This document shows, one piece after another, positions 1 through 11,690 of a DNA stretch of 64,000 nt (its first letter is position 1; every line of letters begins with the position of its first letter). The stretch is taken from contig NC_047028.1 in the NCBI RefSeq assembly GCF_902652985.1, positions 9,610,001-9,674,000 of the forward strand, given 5' to 3'. Below the pieces are notes generated by a model. That model made no database searches, was not told the origin of the DNA, and saw only the letters and a program-made list of their open reading frames with translations. The stretch is from Pecten maximus (Eukaryota). Position numbers and translations under genes: made by a program.

Positions 1-900
1 TTAACAACAAAAATACGTATTTATATCATTTTTGAATTTTAGGAGATATTCCATTGAAACTCAGCTACAAACTCCTAAATGAAGCACCAAAAAAATAATA
101 TAGTATATATGTAGGTGAGGAAATATCTTTATTCTTGAATTGTTTTTACTTAGGTTACTATAGACAAGTAATCCTCAATCTTGACTTTAATAGTCCTTCC
201 TTGAAAATGGCAAAAATAGAATTGGTTGCAATTGGGCGGAAACACCTCATTAAGTTTTTCAGGACTGAACAGATCAAGATCTGAATAAGATAATTAAAAA
301 TTGAGCTTTGCTTTACAGAAGTTTGAAGCTCTATTCATAAGAATATATGATAATCAATATAAAGTACCCTGTGTAAGATAATTCTTTTGTTTTTATATGG
401 ATTTTATTATTCTTATTTATAAAACTTCTGTGCTTTGATTTTGAAAGTTTTATTAATATCATGACGACTCCAATTCTGGAAAAGCATTTTTGTCAATCTA
501 CATAGGAGCCGGGGAATTTTACAAGTATGCAAAGACCTGAGGTCTCTTACAATACAACAAATATAAGTACCGAAACGTCCTGGTAAGAGTCTTCTTTGGG
601 TACCGAAACGACCTAGGCCTACCGGGTACCGACCTACCGTGTACGTACCGACCTATATATATCTACCCAACGTTAACTAACACGTCATCTTTCCGTAGTT
701 CAATGACGAAAACATGAACGTGGCAGATAACAACATATTGTACCTAGATTTATGTTATGATATCGTTTCGGTAACATCACTTAGTATGATTAACACTATC
801 ACCATGTTTTATGGAAATTATATCGAACATTATGCCGACTCATGTCCAATCTACGTTTTATGAATCACATGACAATAAATGCCCATCACTCGTTCCTTAC

Positions 901-1315
901 CAAAACAAGAATTTTATCGTTGGTGCTGCCATTTTCGCAAATTTAGGAGCTTTAATGTCCTTGTGTACATCGTGTGACGTTTCAGTGTGTGTAAGATCTC
1001 TCCAGGTTAGAAAAATTAGCGCAGCAAAAACGGCGACCATCGAAAAGTGGCCCATTTCGGCCATTACCTGCGGGTTATATTAATTTAGAAACTGAATATT
1101 GTAATTTTTTTCCGAAACGAAATAAACATTTATAGAGATATGATGAAGGATTGATTCGATAGTGTAAAGTAATTATTTTGTCCAATTTAAAAAAATTTCA
1201 TTTAACGTTATTAATGATAAGAAATGTTATTTCGCGAAAAATAAATATTCTGTAGTTTTCACTTGAAATTCCGTAATTTTAAGCTACTCTCAAAGTAAAA
1301 CAAAATGGCAGCACC
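901..1315. promoter_or_regulatory. TAF9 promoter region, possibly bidirectional
   Basis: CpG-enriched relative to the flanks. The same 14-mer AAAATGGCAGCACC (YY1-like, overlapping an ATG) occurs on + at 1302-1315 and on - at 935-922. Confidence 0.45.
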
Positions 1316-1425
1316 TGCGAGGAGTACGCCGCGCGATGCCCAAGTTATGGCAGCTATACTGAAAGATATGGGGGTTTTAGAATACGAGCCACGGCTTATA
1401 AATGCTATGTTGGAGTTTGTCTACA
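1305..1425 (+). CDS. TAF9: TFIID subunit 9, coding exon 1 of 6 (gene CDS 1305-5804, 822 nt, 273 aa)
   Basis: ATG at 1305 reads [40 protein letters not shown], matching the TAF9 histone-fold N-terminus (PKDAQ..ILKDMG..EYEPRV..MLEF). GTGAGT donor at 1426, phase 1. Confidence 0.96.
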
Positions 1426-2498
1426 GTGAGTATAATATATTAATGTATATTCTTTGAACACATCCTTGTAAGCGAACCACCTACCAAATAATGTACACAA
1501 CATTAAGCAGCGACTCCAGTTTTGACGGATACTGGTGTAATCAAAGTATATGTAGTACTGTAGATACTAGTGTTTCTTTCGTAAGTACATAACTGGCTCA
1601 TAAACTAAAGAATAAAGAACTGTAAGTTAAATTTAAATAAATGTTCCATTGTATTATTTAGCATAAATCATTTGGGCTAAATAAATGGGACTTGGACAAG
1701 GTGGTACTTGTTTCTTGACCTCCTTTGTACACAATGACGGATTTCAACTAGAGGAGTCTAGGGTCTTATTGTATTAGCTTTACTTCATGGCCAGTAGAGC
1801 TGATGTACATGTGACTATTCCAGCTGAGGTCGGAAGAGATAGTGACTGACTGAGTGTAAGACTATGTATATCTAGCTAGTAAGCCAGAGGTCCCCGGTTT
1901 GATCCCTATTGGATTTAAATTTAATTAATCATACCCTGTGTTACATTGAATGGATAATGCATTTTTTTGTTGTGGTTGTGCATTGAAGTTTATTTGCCAT
2001 TTTGCCTTTCAAGACTTGAAGATTGAAGGTCAGACTGTATTGCCTTATGGTAATCTAGTAACTTGATGCTTCTGTAGATGAGATAATCATGATAATCATC
2101 TGCAATTAGTTTAATTTCACGTGTACAAGACACAGAGTTGACAATGTTGTTTAAACTAAAATAGCAGTATCCCCTGATCAGGTACCCCAGATAGAATGGG
2201 GGTTTTGTCCGACTAGTACTGTTTAGTAGTACCAGCTGGTCACAGGATTGCAGGCAAGTTCTTATTCAGGAGAGGGTATAGTTTGTAACGCCATGTTAAT
2301 GTAGTTTTTACAGGAGTCTCTCATGGGGAAACAAATTGTTTTCTTGATTAATGTTAGATGAAGTTTGGAGTTTGACTTTGTACTGTGTACATTAGCTGCT
2401 GTTCCATTACAGAAGTAGTTATGTGTATATGTTATTATCAAAGTCATGTATTAAACTAATTTAAAGTAAGTCACATTTTGATATTTTTCTTTGAGCAG

Positions 2499-2635
2499 GA
2501 TATGTCACAGATATTTTGGATGATGCCAAAGTTTATTCCACTCATGCAAGCAAGAAGAACATTGATCTTGAAGACACCAAGATGGCTATCCAGTGTAGGA
2601 TGGACCACTCATTCACTAACCCACCACCAAGAGAT
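2499..2635 (+). CDS. TAF9: TAF9 coding exon 2
   Basis: CAG acceptor; reads (R)[45 protein letters not shown]; GTAAG donor. Phase is consistent with exon 1. Confidence 0.96.
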
Positions 2636-3018
2636 GTAAGTGTGTAGTATAGAACTGGTAGTCTCAGCTATTGTCATTAACTTTCCAAAGTTCATCATTA
2701 ACTCAAGGTTGGAGTTAAAGCTGAACCATTTGAATGTAAATACTAAGTACATAAGCTAATGACAATATGAGTATAGAGCTAGCGCTGGGACCAATTGCTT
2801 CACTTCAGTTGATCTTGAAGATATTAAATAACCATTGTTGAAATAAGATTCCAGGAAAACAACCATTTGTACATGTTTTTATGTAAATTTATATTAATTT
2901 ACATAATAATAGATATTTCAGATGTACAATGTATATTAAATTCACACAATATTACTTGCTGTGTATTATGAGATGTCTGTATTCCATTCATATTGCTATG
3001 TTGTTTGATTTTATGAAG

Positions 3019-3159
3019 CTGCTGATGGATATAGCCAAACATAAGAATGGCCAGGTTTTACCACTGATCAAACCTTACACTGGTCTCCGTCTACCACCAG
3101 ATAGATACTGCCTGTCAGCACCCAACTACAAAATGGCTGGCCACCGAGTGTCAAAGAAG
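3019..3159 (+). CDS. TAF9: TAF9 coding exon 3
   Basis: Reads [47 protein letters not shown], containing the conserved TAF9 motif [24 protein letters not shown] boundaries. Confidence 0.96.
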
Positions 3160-3806
3160 GTAAATATATAAAATTTTGAATATAAAACAGCAACAAAAAC
3201 TGCCTCTTGATTATATTTGACTTCCATATTTGTTTTCGATATATATCTAAAGGATTTGTTGCTTGTCATAATAGAATGCAGTGGTATTTTGAAAACAGAA
3301 GTTTTTGATAGCTAAGCTGGGCCGGATTTGCCTCAATGACAGCTAGTGATATTGACATGCACATAGTTCTTCACAGTTATATTTTTAATTAGTAGGCAAA
3401 GAGATAAAATACAATGTTAACTCACCTTTAATTCATTGTTGATGACATCTTCAACTACTGGTGACCCTCCTACTAACTTGACTTGTATAGACTTCCAGTC
3501 ATTTCCTTCCATATAACATGCCAGGTTAAACTTCCCAGGACGATATACCTCCAAGCTCGAATCAGATCTGATTCAAAGAATTTTTTACAGCACTTTGGAA
3601 AAACGTTAAGAAGATTTTTGTGTGTGTTATTATCACATCAATAGCTACTTAAAACTGTGTGTCGAATCGTTAATTGTAATCAATTTTAAAAAAAATGTAA
3701 AAAGGTTAAAAACGAGAAATGTTTCAAATCCAGTTATTTCGAAAAAGAAAACTTTTTTAGAGATCATTATCATACTAACAGTACACATTTAATTTTTTTT
3801 TTTCAG

Positions 3807-3888
3807 CATCAATCAAGGATACAGATTGGAATGAATCAGATTCCCGGAGGATCTTTATCTCATCAGCGAATCAACATCACACCTCATG
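3807..3888 (+). CDS. TAF9: TAF9 coding exon 4
   Basis: Poly-T tract plus CAG acceptor; reads HQSRIQIGMNQIPGGSLSHQRINITPH(G); GTTTGT donor. Keeps the frame. Confidence 0.8.
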
Positions 3889-3990
3889 GTTTGTCATCAG
3901 AAGTTACATATGTTGGGGAGTCATCCTTCTTGAAACCTTCTTTGTTGTTGAATTACTTAATTAATAATCCAAATAAGTTGAATACATGCA

Positions 3991-4175
3991 TTTTCTATGC
4001 CCCCGCTATGAAATGGAGGGAGGAGTCATATATATTGTAGCCATGTCTGTCCTGTCCTGTTCTCAGTCCTGTCATGTCCAGATGCAATGTAACTATCAAA
4101 TCATTGGAAACTGCTCAGGTTTCAGGTGTCTAGTGGCAGTGGGGGCATTTATGACTTGCAGACATTTTCTAATTT
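3991..4175 (+). mobile_element. Short decayed Helentron-associated (HINE/DINE-like) element in TAF9 intron 4
   Basis: T-rich start, subterminal IR ATGCCCCCGC / GTGGGGGCAT, (TGTCC)-type microsatellite remnant. Confidence 0.45.
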
Positions 4176-4634
4176 TCTTTCTGATTTGTCATCATTGTTC
4201 CTGCTCATGACTGATTACAGTATATCTTGATCTCGACAGGTTAGGTTCATATTTACACCACAGTATACCATCTAATTCCTAATAATATAATACATTTACC
4301 TATATAGATATACTTGATGATCAGGGACATCATAGTATGGTAGATTCTACATCAGATCATCATCGCTTAAATTGAAAAGATAAAGGTCACATGTGGCCAT
4401 TAAAAAAAACAAGAAAGAATCGAACAATCAAGAATCTCTGGATTATTTAATTTTGTGCTACCACTCACTGTTACTGAGGGATATCCTGTTAAAGGAATCC
4501 TCTACAACCAATATGCTTTATGCCTTTTGACTTTAATAGTTGCAAGTTAGGATCAATTATGAACCATATATATGATGTAGCTTGATTAAGAGCATATATA
4601 CTAATTATAATCTCAATACCAATTTTATTTCCAG

Positions 4635-4760
4635 GTAAAATCAGTGGAAGTGGTCTCACTGTTGTTACAAAAAGTGTTTCCATACCAACGGTTACCATAG
4701 TAACCAAACCATCATCACAGCCAACAGTTCTAACAAAACCAGCAATCAGGATTGCAGGAG
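4635..4760 (+). CDS. TAF9: TAF9 coding exon 5
   Basis: TTTCCAG acceptor; reads (G)KISGSGLTVVTKSVSIPTVTIVTKPSSQPTVLTKPAIRIAG, an S/T/P/V-rich stretch as in the TAF9 C-terminal half. Phase 1-1. Confidence 0.8.
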
Positions 4761-5073
4761 GTTTGTCAAAGTTTTTATACATTCTCTAGAGAGTTTAGAT
4801 TGTCACCATGAATATCATATCTTATTATCAATGTGATCACTGGAGCATTTCGTCTGGTATATTATCAACCATTATGCTAACAGATCAACTGTTTTAGGGT
4901 TTAAAGGTCAAAACCACTGCTACTATTTATAGGAAATCATCAAGCAATTCAGTTACAACATTGCAGCAATATATTCTTAATGTGTTTTTCATCAGACTAC
5001 CTTATTTATATACATTGTAAATGACAATGAAAAAGAAAACACCAAAAAAGGCCTATAATATTTCACTTACTTC

Positions 5074-5492
5074 GTTCTTACAGGTACTTAGTTAACCTCA
5101 AAATAACAAACATGAACAGTTATACTCAACAATGTTCTTACATGTACCTAGTTACCCTCAAAATAACAAACATGAACAGTTGTACTCAAAAATGTTCTTA
5201 CAGGTACCTAGTTACCCTCAAAATAACATACATGAACAGTTATACTCAACAATGTTCTTACAGGTACCTAGTTACCCTCAAAATAACATAACATGAACAG
5301 TTATGCTCAACAATGTTCTTACAGGTACCTAGTTAACCTCAAAATAACATGACATGAACAGTTATACTCAACAATGTTCTTACAAATACCTAGTTACCCT
5401 GAGAATAACATAAATATGAACAATTGTGCTCATCAATGTTCTTACAGGTATACCACTTTACTCTAAAAATAACATAAACATGAACAGTTGTA
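5074..5492. repeat. ~60-62 bp tandem repeat (~7 units) in TAF9 intron 5
   Basis: Unit approx. TGTTCTTACAGGTACCTAGTTACCCTCAAAATAACATACATGAACAGTTATACTCAACAA. Confidence 0.9.
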
Positions 5493-5589
5493 CTGTATGT
5501 ACATAAAGCTTAAAACAATTGAATCAGAGTTATAAACTGGACATTTTGTGACGTTATGTTTATTACTTAAGATAATGTTTTATGTACAG

Positions 5590-5804
5590 GAGGATCCTTG
5601 GCATCATATGCTCCAAAGATGAAAGTGACAAGTTTGCCCCAGACGTCTCCGTCAGTCTCCATGCTATCGTCCAATCAGCAGGTCACTGCCTCCTTACCTG
5701 GCAGCCAGCCTTCTATACGAATACAGCCAATCTCCTCTACCACTTCATCACTTATATCAAACCCACTCAAACGCAAACATGAGGATGATGACTACGACAC
5801 ATAG
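5590..5804 (+). CDS. TAF9: TAF9 coding exon 6 (terminal)
   Basis: Ends ...NPLKRKHEDDDYDT*, the characteristic TAF9/TAF9B basic-acidic C-terminus. The summed exon length of 822 nt is divisible by 3. Confidence 0.9.
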
Positions 5805-7359
5805 TCTGTAATGGTGACGACAATGACTACAACACAAACTCTATTTACCTGTAATAAGCCCAGGGGGCGTTGCATTTAAAGTAAAGAGCTGTGTTATTGA
5901 CAATGAGAAAACACTTTTACATTTGTGCAGAAATACACCTGGGCTTAATTTATACCAAGCATTGGCCAGTTGTATGATAAATAGAATAATCATGTGGAGA
6001 ATGATTACGATGAACACCATGTAATCATGTGAACATCACTTTCGTACCATGAATGATGAAGTCCATATGGTTTCCTCGATATATCATTTCAAGTAGAATT
6101 TTTTCATACATATTAGATCACATTTGAACAAATGTTGTAGTGTTTTCTATAGTGCTTTTGTTGCTGTTGTTTAAATCAAACTGAAAATAATCTTTATCGA
6201 GTAAAAATTTGATCAAATGAGAATGAGACTTAAGTACATCTTAATAAATAGGGAGTTAAATAACTTTGATATGAAAATGTGAAATGATATGTATATCATA
6301 TGTGATTCCCATTGAAATATAACTGACCGTTATACTTCTGTCTTTATGGGCCTGTATCTCTGGAAACCATATGTTCTATGTTTTACACCAGCAGTCAACA
6401 TCTGTCACAAAACCTTGGTATTTGAAATGAGTCCTTGAATGTCATATCAACTGGAACATATAGACACAGTAAGTTGGGAAAACACGAATTTCAATATCTC
6501 GAAATTGAAAAATAATAATAGAAAAATTTAAATCATGCTATTACAATAAAAGTAAAGATGTAGGTTAACTTGACAGCATCAATATATATAAAGTTGGAAT
6601 TGAAAGTCTTTGCAGGGTTTTTGTTTTCTGTTCTAAGTACAACTGTAGTTCTAAATTGTAATACTGCAACTTAATTGTGTACAGTACTTAATGGTAAAAC
6701 ACAGGTGCAGAAAGTAGTGTTGTTATATGTTTGGTTTCTGTGGAACAGTATGTCTGAAAGATGCAAATAGATTTAAGATTACTCCAGGTATAGACACGAT
6801 TTCAATATTGTGTCTGTAGCAAGACGTTATCTTTCAAATTGTGCAGATGGGATTAAAATTTATTGTATAATCATGTATTTTTAGAGTGCTAGATGTCGAT
6901 ATATCATCGTAACACCACTGGCAATTCTGTGGTTGTATCTAGCAGATAAATGTACTGTACTGTAAAAGGGATGCGAGGTTGAATGGAAGAACACTAGAGT
7001 AGATATGTGTGTGTGTGTGACTTAATATTTATGAAGTATCTTAATTGTTACTTCAAACTATATACAATTTGTATCAAAATTGAAGACATTAAATGTCATA
7101 AAAAATATGGAATTGTCTGTTTTGATTATTCATTAACACTATAAATAATTATACCCTCACTTAGTAAAGAGTGGTATATCACAGGGCCTGGAGAATTTGT
7201 TACAGTATGTGTGTACATTTATCCTGTAGTTGGCGCCGCATTGTCATAATACACCCACCGGTCCAAATACATAGAGAAAGCAAAGACAGTGTCTTAAAAT
7301 ATAAGCTGTATTTTGGCGAGGGTAAAGAAAGACAAATTGGCGAGCCACTTTTGCCTTTC

Positions 7360-7603
7360 TATCATGCAGCAGTCTTCAAAAATAAGCATTTTAAAGTGAA
7401 AAGTTATCAACAATATTCTAAATATGTTCGCCTTTTAAATGTTGTTTCACTTAAAAGTAGGTCAGTCGTCCCGAGCCATTATATTCTATTATCATGCAGC
7501 AGTCCTCAAAAATAAGCATTTTAAAGTGAAAAGTTATCAAAAATCAAATGTCCCAAATATGTTCGCCTTTTAAATGTTGTTTCACTTGGAAGTAGGTCAG
7601 TCG
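7360..7603. repeat. Local direct duplication (~110-130 bp, 2 copies)
   Basis: TATCATGCAGCAGTC..CAAAAATAAGCATTTTAAAGTGAAAAGTTATCAA..AAATATGTTCGCCTTTTAAATGTTGTTTCACTT..AAGTAGGTCAGTCG occurs twice. Confidence 0.85.
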
Positions 7604-7739
7604 ATTTGACAAAAATATATATCATTATAGAGAAAAGGGACTAGATTAAAATCTGTTTAAAATGACAATCTTTAGAATGAACTCCCACAATGTACCCTGA
7701 TGGATGTAATTTTTACTGAATTTTAAATGAACACAGAAG

Positions 7740-8600
7740 GGTTGTCATCATATGGTGGGCTAATCAAATCCCTCTTTGTCTGGTGTTTTTCCTCTGTTTG
7801 TCCTTCTATCCTTAAAAAATTATTATTATTGCTATTTCTCAGAAATTGATCTTTCTCAAATTCCATATGTAGATTCCCCTTGGTCCCTAGTTGTGCATAT
7901 TGCATTTTGAGTCTGATCTGAAAACAAGATAGCCAAAAAACGGCCATTTTGAATGTTGACCGTTGAAGTTTGTTTTCTCTATTTCTCAGAGAGGTCTTCA
8001 TAGATATTTCACAAATTTCATATGTAGGTTCCCTTTGACTCCCAGTTGTGTAGATAAGATCGCCAATGGCTGCCATTTTGAATTTTGTGAGTTCAAGTGT
8101 GTTATCACTATTTCTCAGGAAGTCCATCAATATTTGTGGAAATTCAATACGATTCAGCTGATATTAGTTTAAGTTTGTTTGATGGATCTTTCTCAGATTC
8201 AATATGTAGGTTCAGCTTGTTTTCGAATAATTAAGAAGAAAAAGAGAAAATATCACTAGGTGGTGGGTCTCTGGTATCTCGTTTTTATCAAATCTTGAAT
8301 GAACACAGAGGGATGTCATTTTTGCCAAATTTAGAATGAATACCGAGGGGTGTGATTTCCTTCTATCGAATTTTGAAAGAATATCAAAGAATGTCATGTT
8401 TAACTCATCTAGCCCGAAGGGCCTGTGAGCTTATGTTATGGCACAGTGTCCATCGTCTGTCGTCTGGCATCCGTCGACATTTCCCTAAAATCCCTACTAG
8501 TATTGGAGGCCTGAATGGATTTTGATGAAATCTGGTCTGGAGTATTATTGGGCAAAGAGATCTAACATTGAATAATGGATGGTGGGGCTCCCCTGGGACC
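7740..8600 (+). mobile_element. Decayed HINE-like fragments
   Basis: 7830-8210 resembles the ~154-bp unit at 43640-44700 (CTATTTCTCAG..CAAATTTCATATGTAGGTTCCC). 8400-8600 resembles the 5' end of the element at 62242 (GCCCGAAGGGCC.GTGAGCTTATG followed by CGTC repeats). Confidence 0.6.
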
Positions 8601-8689
8601 GTAGGTTTAGGGATGTTTTGCCAAATTTGGAATCACATGGTTTGACAACAAAGATGTCATCTTATATAAAACCTGGGCAGACTTAACAT

Positions 8690-9640
8690 GACGACTTTCA
8701 AGATAACATTTGTCATTTCTCTCCGGCAAGGAGAGGCTCATCATGATGGCTTTTGTAATTCTCGCATCATTATTGCTTCCGGGAAAAGGTCCTACTGTGT
8801 CGAGAACCATCAGGCAGGGCTTATGCCATGAACTTCGCCGCTTCTTCTGGCCACAGTAAGATATCACATCCTCTGGAGCTTGTGGTCGAACTCTTGGGTA
8901 GAAACATATATCTACCGTCACTAATGACAGTCGTCCACTAGCCAAAAAAAAAAAATGCTTCGCATAACACTGTGTTGTGCTCCAGAACATTTTCTCTTGT
9001 AAGATGTTCACGTGTAATGTTTTTACTATAATGGAATTAAATGTTTTTGATTACACTGGAAATTGACATATTAAAGAGTTCAACAATGTTTCCATGATGT
9101 CTTCACTTTTACCCAGAACAACAGCAGTCGGCATCATCGTAGTTTGTAGTGTAAATTTGAATATGATAGAATTTCTAGAAACTTCTAGTCCAACCAGGCT
9201 TTACAATCTGCACCATCCAAAGAGGAGACACGCAGAGTAAGGAGACTCCTGCTTTTATAGCATATGTATTATCTCCAAAGTCTGGAAAGTAGCCGGGAAG
9301 TCAACATTTCTCTTTCATCAGTGCGAATTTCAACGTCATGGTTAAGATCTTCCCCAAGGAGATGATGTGAACAAATACGTGAGGACCAAGGACACCATAT
9401 CTTGGGCAAGATTGTTGAGTTTTGATTGAAACTTGTTATACACAGTGTACAGGTGGCGTGAGAAGACTAGCCATAAAATAGATCCTCTATGGATAAAAAT
9501 GGGATGTTCCGCCACGTATCACATTCAACACCAACATTTTGATCTTCATGTTGTGGCTTTCGTTCCTGATAATTCTTGAGACACTTTGCGAATCACGCCA
9601 ATCTATTGATCATCAGTAAAGTCATTGCCATCTGCTTTTA
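8690..9640 (-). pseudogene. Decayed ISL2EU/Harbinger-like (DDE_Tnp_4-type) transposase fragment
   Basis: Minus-strand frames broken by shifts and stops give VISDGRYMFLPKSS / DHKLQR / SYCGQKKR / KFM..LPDG / LDTVGPFPGSNNDARIT. This follows the DG.Y..KS....QR..YS..K....K....DG....GP....ND motif order of this transposase group. Confidence 0.6.
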
Positions 9641-11439
9641 AAACATCAAGCAACCAATTGAGCTGGGGAAGTCTTCTGTTTCCTATGGTGGCTGATATGT
9701 GCCATTTCGTTATTTCGTTATTTCACCCAGCTTATCATCGCCTTTTCGCTGCGACAGAACGAAATAACGAAAAAATAGTTTTACTGTCTCTCCTAAAGAC
9801 AACTTTACAACTCGCACCTACACACCTGTCTTTTATTGTGAGAACTGTACTGTGTTAGATGTTAATAGACTCTGTCAGACACAATTTTATAAAAAGGATA
9901 GAAGTGCTTTATATGATATTTAGGATAAGTAATAATGCTCTCTATACGATTTTGATTTATGATTTTGAATGGAATGAATATGGAAGACATTTAAAATGTT
10001 ATTTGTTTACAAAAAAAGACAAAATGCTTAAAAAATGAATATTATCGACGGTACGTATATTTACTGTTTTAGTATTTTGATATTTAGTTTATGGTTCAAA
10101 CTTTCCTATTTCGTTAAAATAAATCTTTCATTTTTATCTGTTTTGTGACAATCTGCGTTCTTGATTTAGTAATCAGGTTAAGTAATTAGTTAATTAGGTG
10201 AGTGCATCATCAATTTTGGATTAAAGTGTAACATATCTTTAGGCCGACCCCTGTGGGAAATTAACATTGCTGGAAACACCACCTTTGACCCATGTGACCT
10301 TGAATATTGGTCAAGGTCATTTCTTTCCACAAACATTGATGGGGTCATCCCAGGAACTATCAGCCAGATATCTTATTTGAAGGGGTTTTATTCAATCAGA
10401 AGTCATATGAGTGTTTTCACAAAGTTGACACCAATGACCTTGAATATGGGAAATGACATTCTTATGTTCTTAATTTTACTGGAAAACTAAGTCAAGAAAT
10501 AAAGGAGGGACCATTCTGTGGCCCTACAGTGATAAGTATGATTTTTGCAGAAAGATACTTTATATAGTCAGATGCATATTGTTATTGGTCAAAAGTGGAT
10601 TCGTAGTTCTAATAGATGCATAAGTTGACTAGTTTTTGAAATGCACACTGTGGTCAGAAAAAAAATAGATAATAAAAAAAAATTAAAAATGCACTTTAGA
10701 CCGTTTTGTAGCCTCTTCATGCCCTGAGGACAGATTTCTACCAAATTTCTTTATATTTAAACCTAAATGGTTTATAAGTTGAATGCAGATAAGAATGCGC
10801 TCTGTGACCCCGCACGTTCACACATCGTGCCCCTAGGGGTCATGTAGAATTCTATTACCAAATTGCCAAAAATATGTCGCGGATTACAACATATTCACCC
10901 CCACCCCCCTTCTTGGTACGAACGTTTAGACAGAACACTGACTACAGTCGCCGAGACTAACAATAGGCTGTAAAACCTGTAGACTAGCTAAGTCCTTGTG
11001 ATACACGCCGACAGAACACTGACTATAGTCGTTTCTACGGTCGACAATGAAAATAAAACTAAAACAAAAACAAACCACAAAAACTAAAACAAACACATTA
11101 ACAAACAAACAAACAAACAAAACGAACAAAGCGAACGGCATTCTTTACATAAAACTGATCTTAAAGATATGAAGATCGACTGGCAGAGTCTATTTGATTT
11201 ATTGCAGGATGACACAAAATCATTTCCTTGATAATGTATATAATTACGGGTGCTTCCGATATCGAAAAAACAAGTTAGTAAAAACAATGTTTTTCCATTA
11301 AAATTTTCGTTTCACGTTGTTTTCAAATTTTAGACAGAATTAGCCTAATCTACAATGAAAGGGAAGAAGGGAGATAAGTCGTGTACGATTGTTGCTTCCA
11401 GCATCACATTTTTGTTGCATTCATGGCCTAAGTGATGTC

Positions 11440-11521
11440 ATAGCCATACCGGAAATACAGTAAAATATTTCACTGAGCATGCGCACATCAATATCAAACA
11501 ATATGAACGACCAAAATGGCG
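11440..11521 (+). promoter_or_regulatory. LRCH proximal promoter / start region with housekeeping-type motifs
   Basis: ACCGGAAAT (ETS-like, ~11448), GCATGCGCA (NRF1-like, ~11477) and CAAAATGGCG (YY1-like, overlapping the ATG at 11516). Confidence 0.55.
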
Positions 11522-11690
11522 ACTACATTTAGCTCTGGAAGCCAGAGCCCTACATCACTTTCTCGGACTATAGATCGTGTATTTGAAGATGCACAACACA
11601 CGGGTGAAATCAATTTAAGTGGAAGGAAATTAAAAGAGTATCCACAAAGTGTCTCCGCCAAATATGACTTAATAGATACGATAGGAGCAG
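11516..11690 (+). CDS. LRCH: Leucine-rich repeat and calponin homology domain-containing protein (LRCH family), coding exon 1
   Basis: Reads MATTFSSGSQSPTSLSRTIDRVFEDAQHTGEINLSGRKLKEYPQSVSAKYDLIDTIGA, matching the LRCH N-terminus (R.LDR.LEEA..TG.L.LSGRKL.E.P...DL.DT). GTGAG donor, phase 1. Confidence 0.93.

Noticed and set aside
811-1083. AK6-like gene associated with TAF9, or the 90-aa upstream ORF
   Set aside because: No P-loop (TGTPG.GKT) or other AK6 motif is visible; the ORF lies in the promoter region and has no recognisable product.
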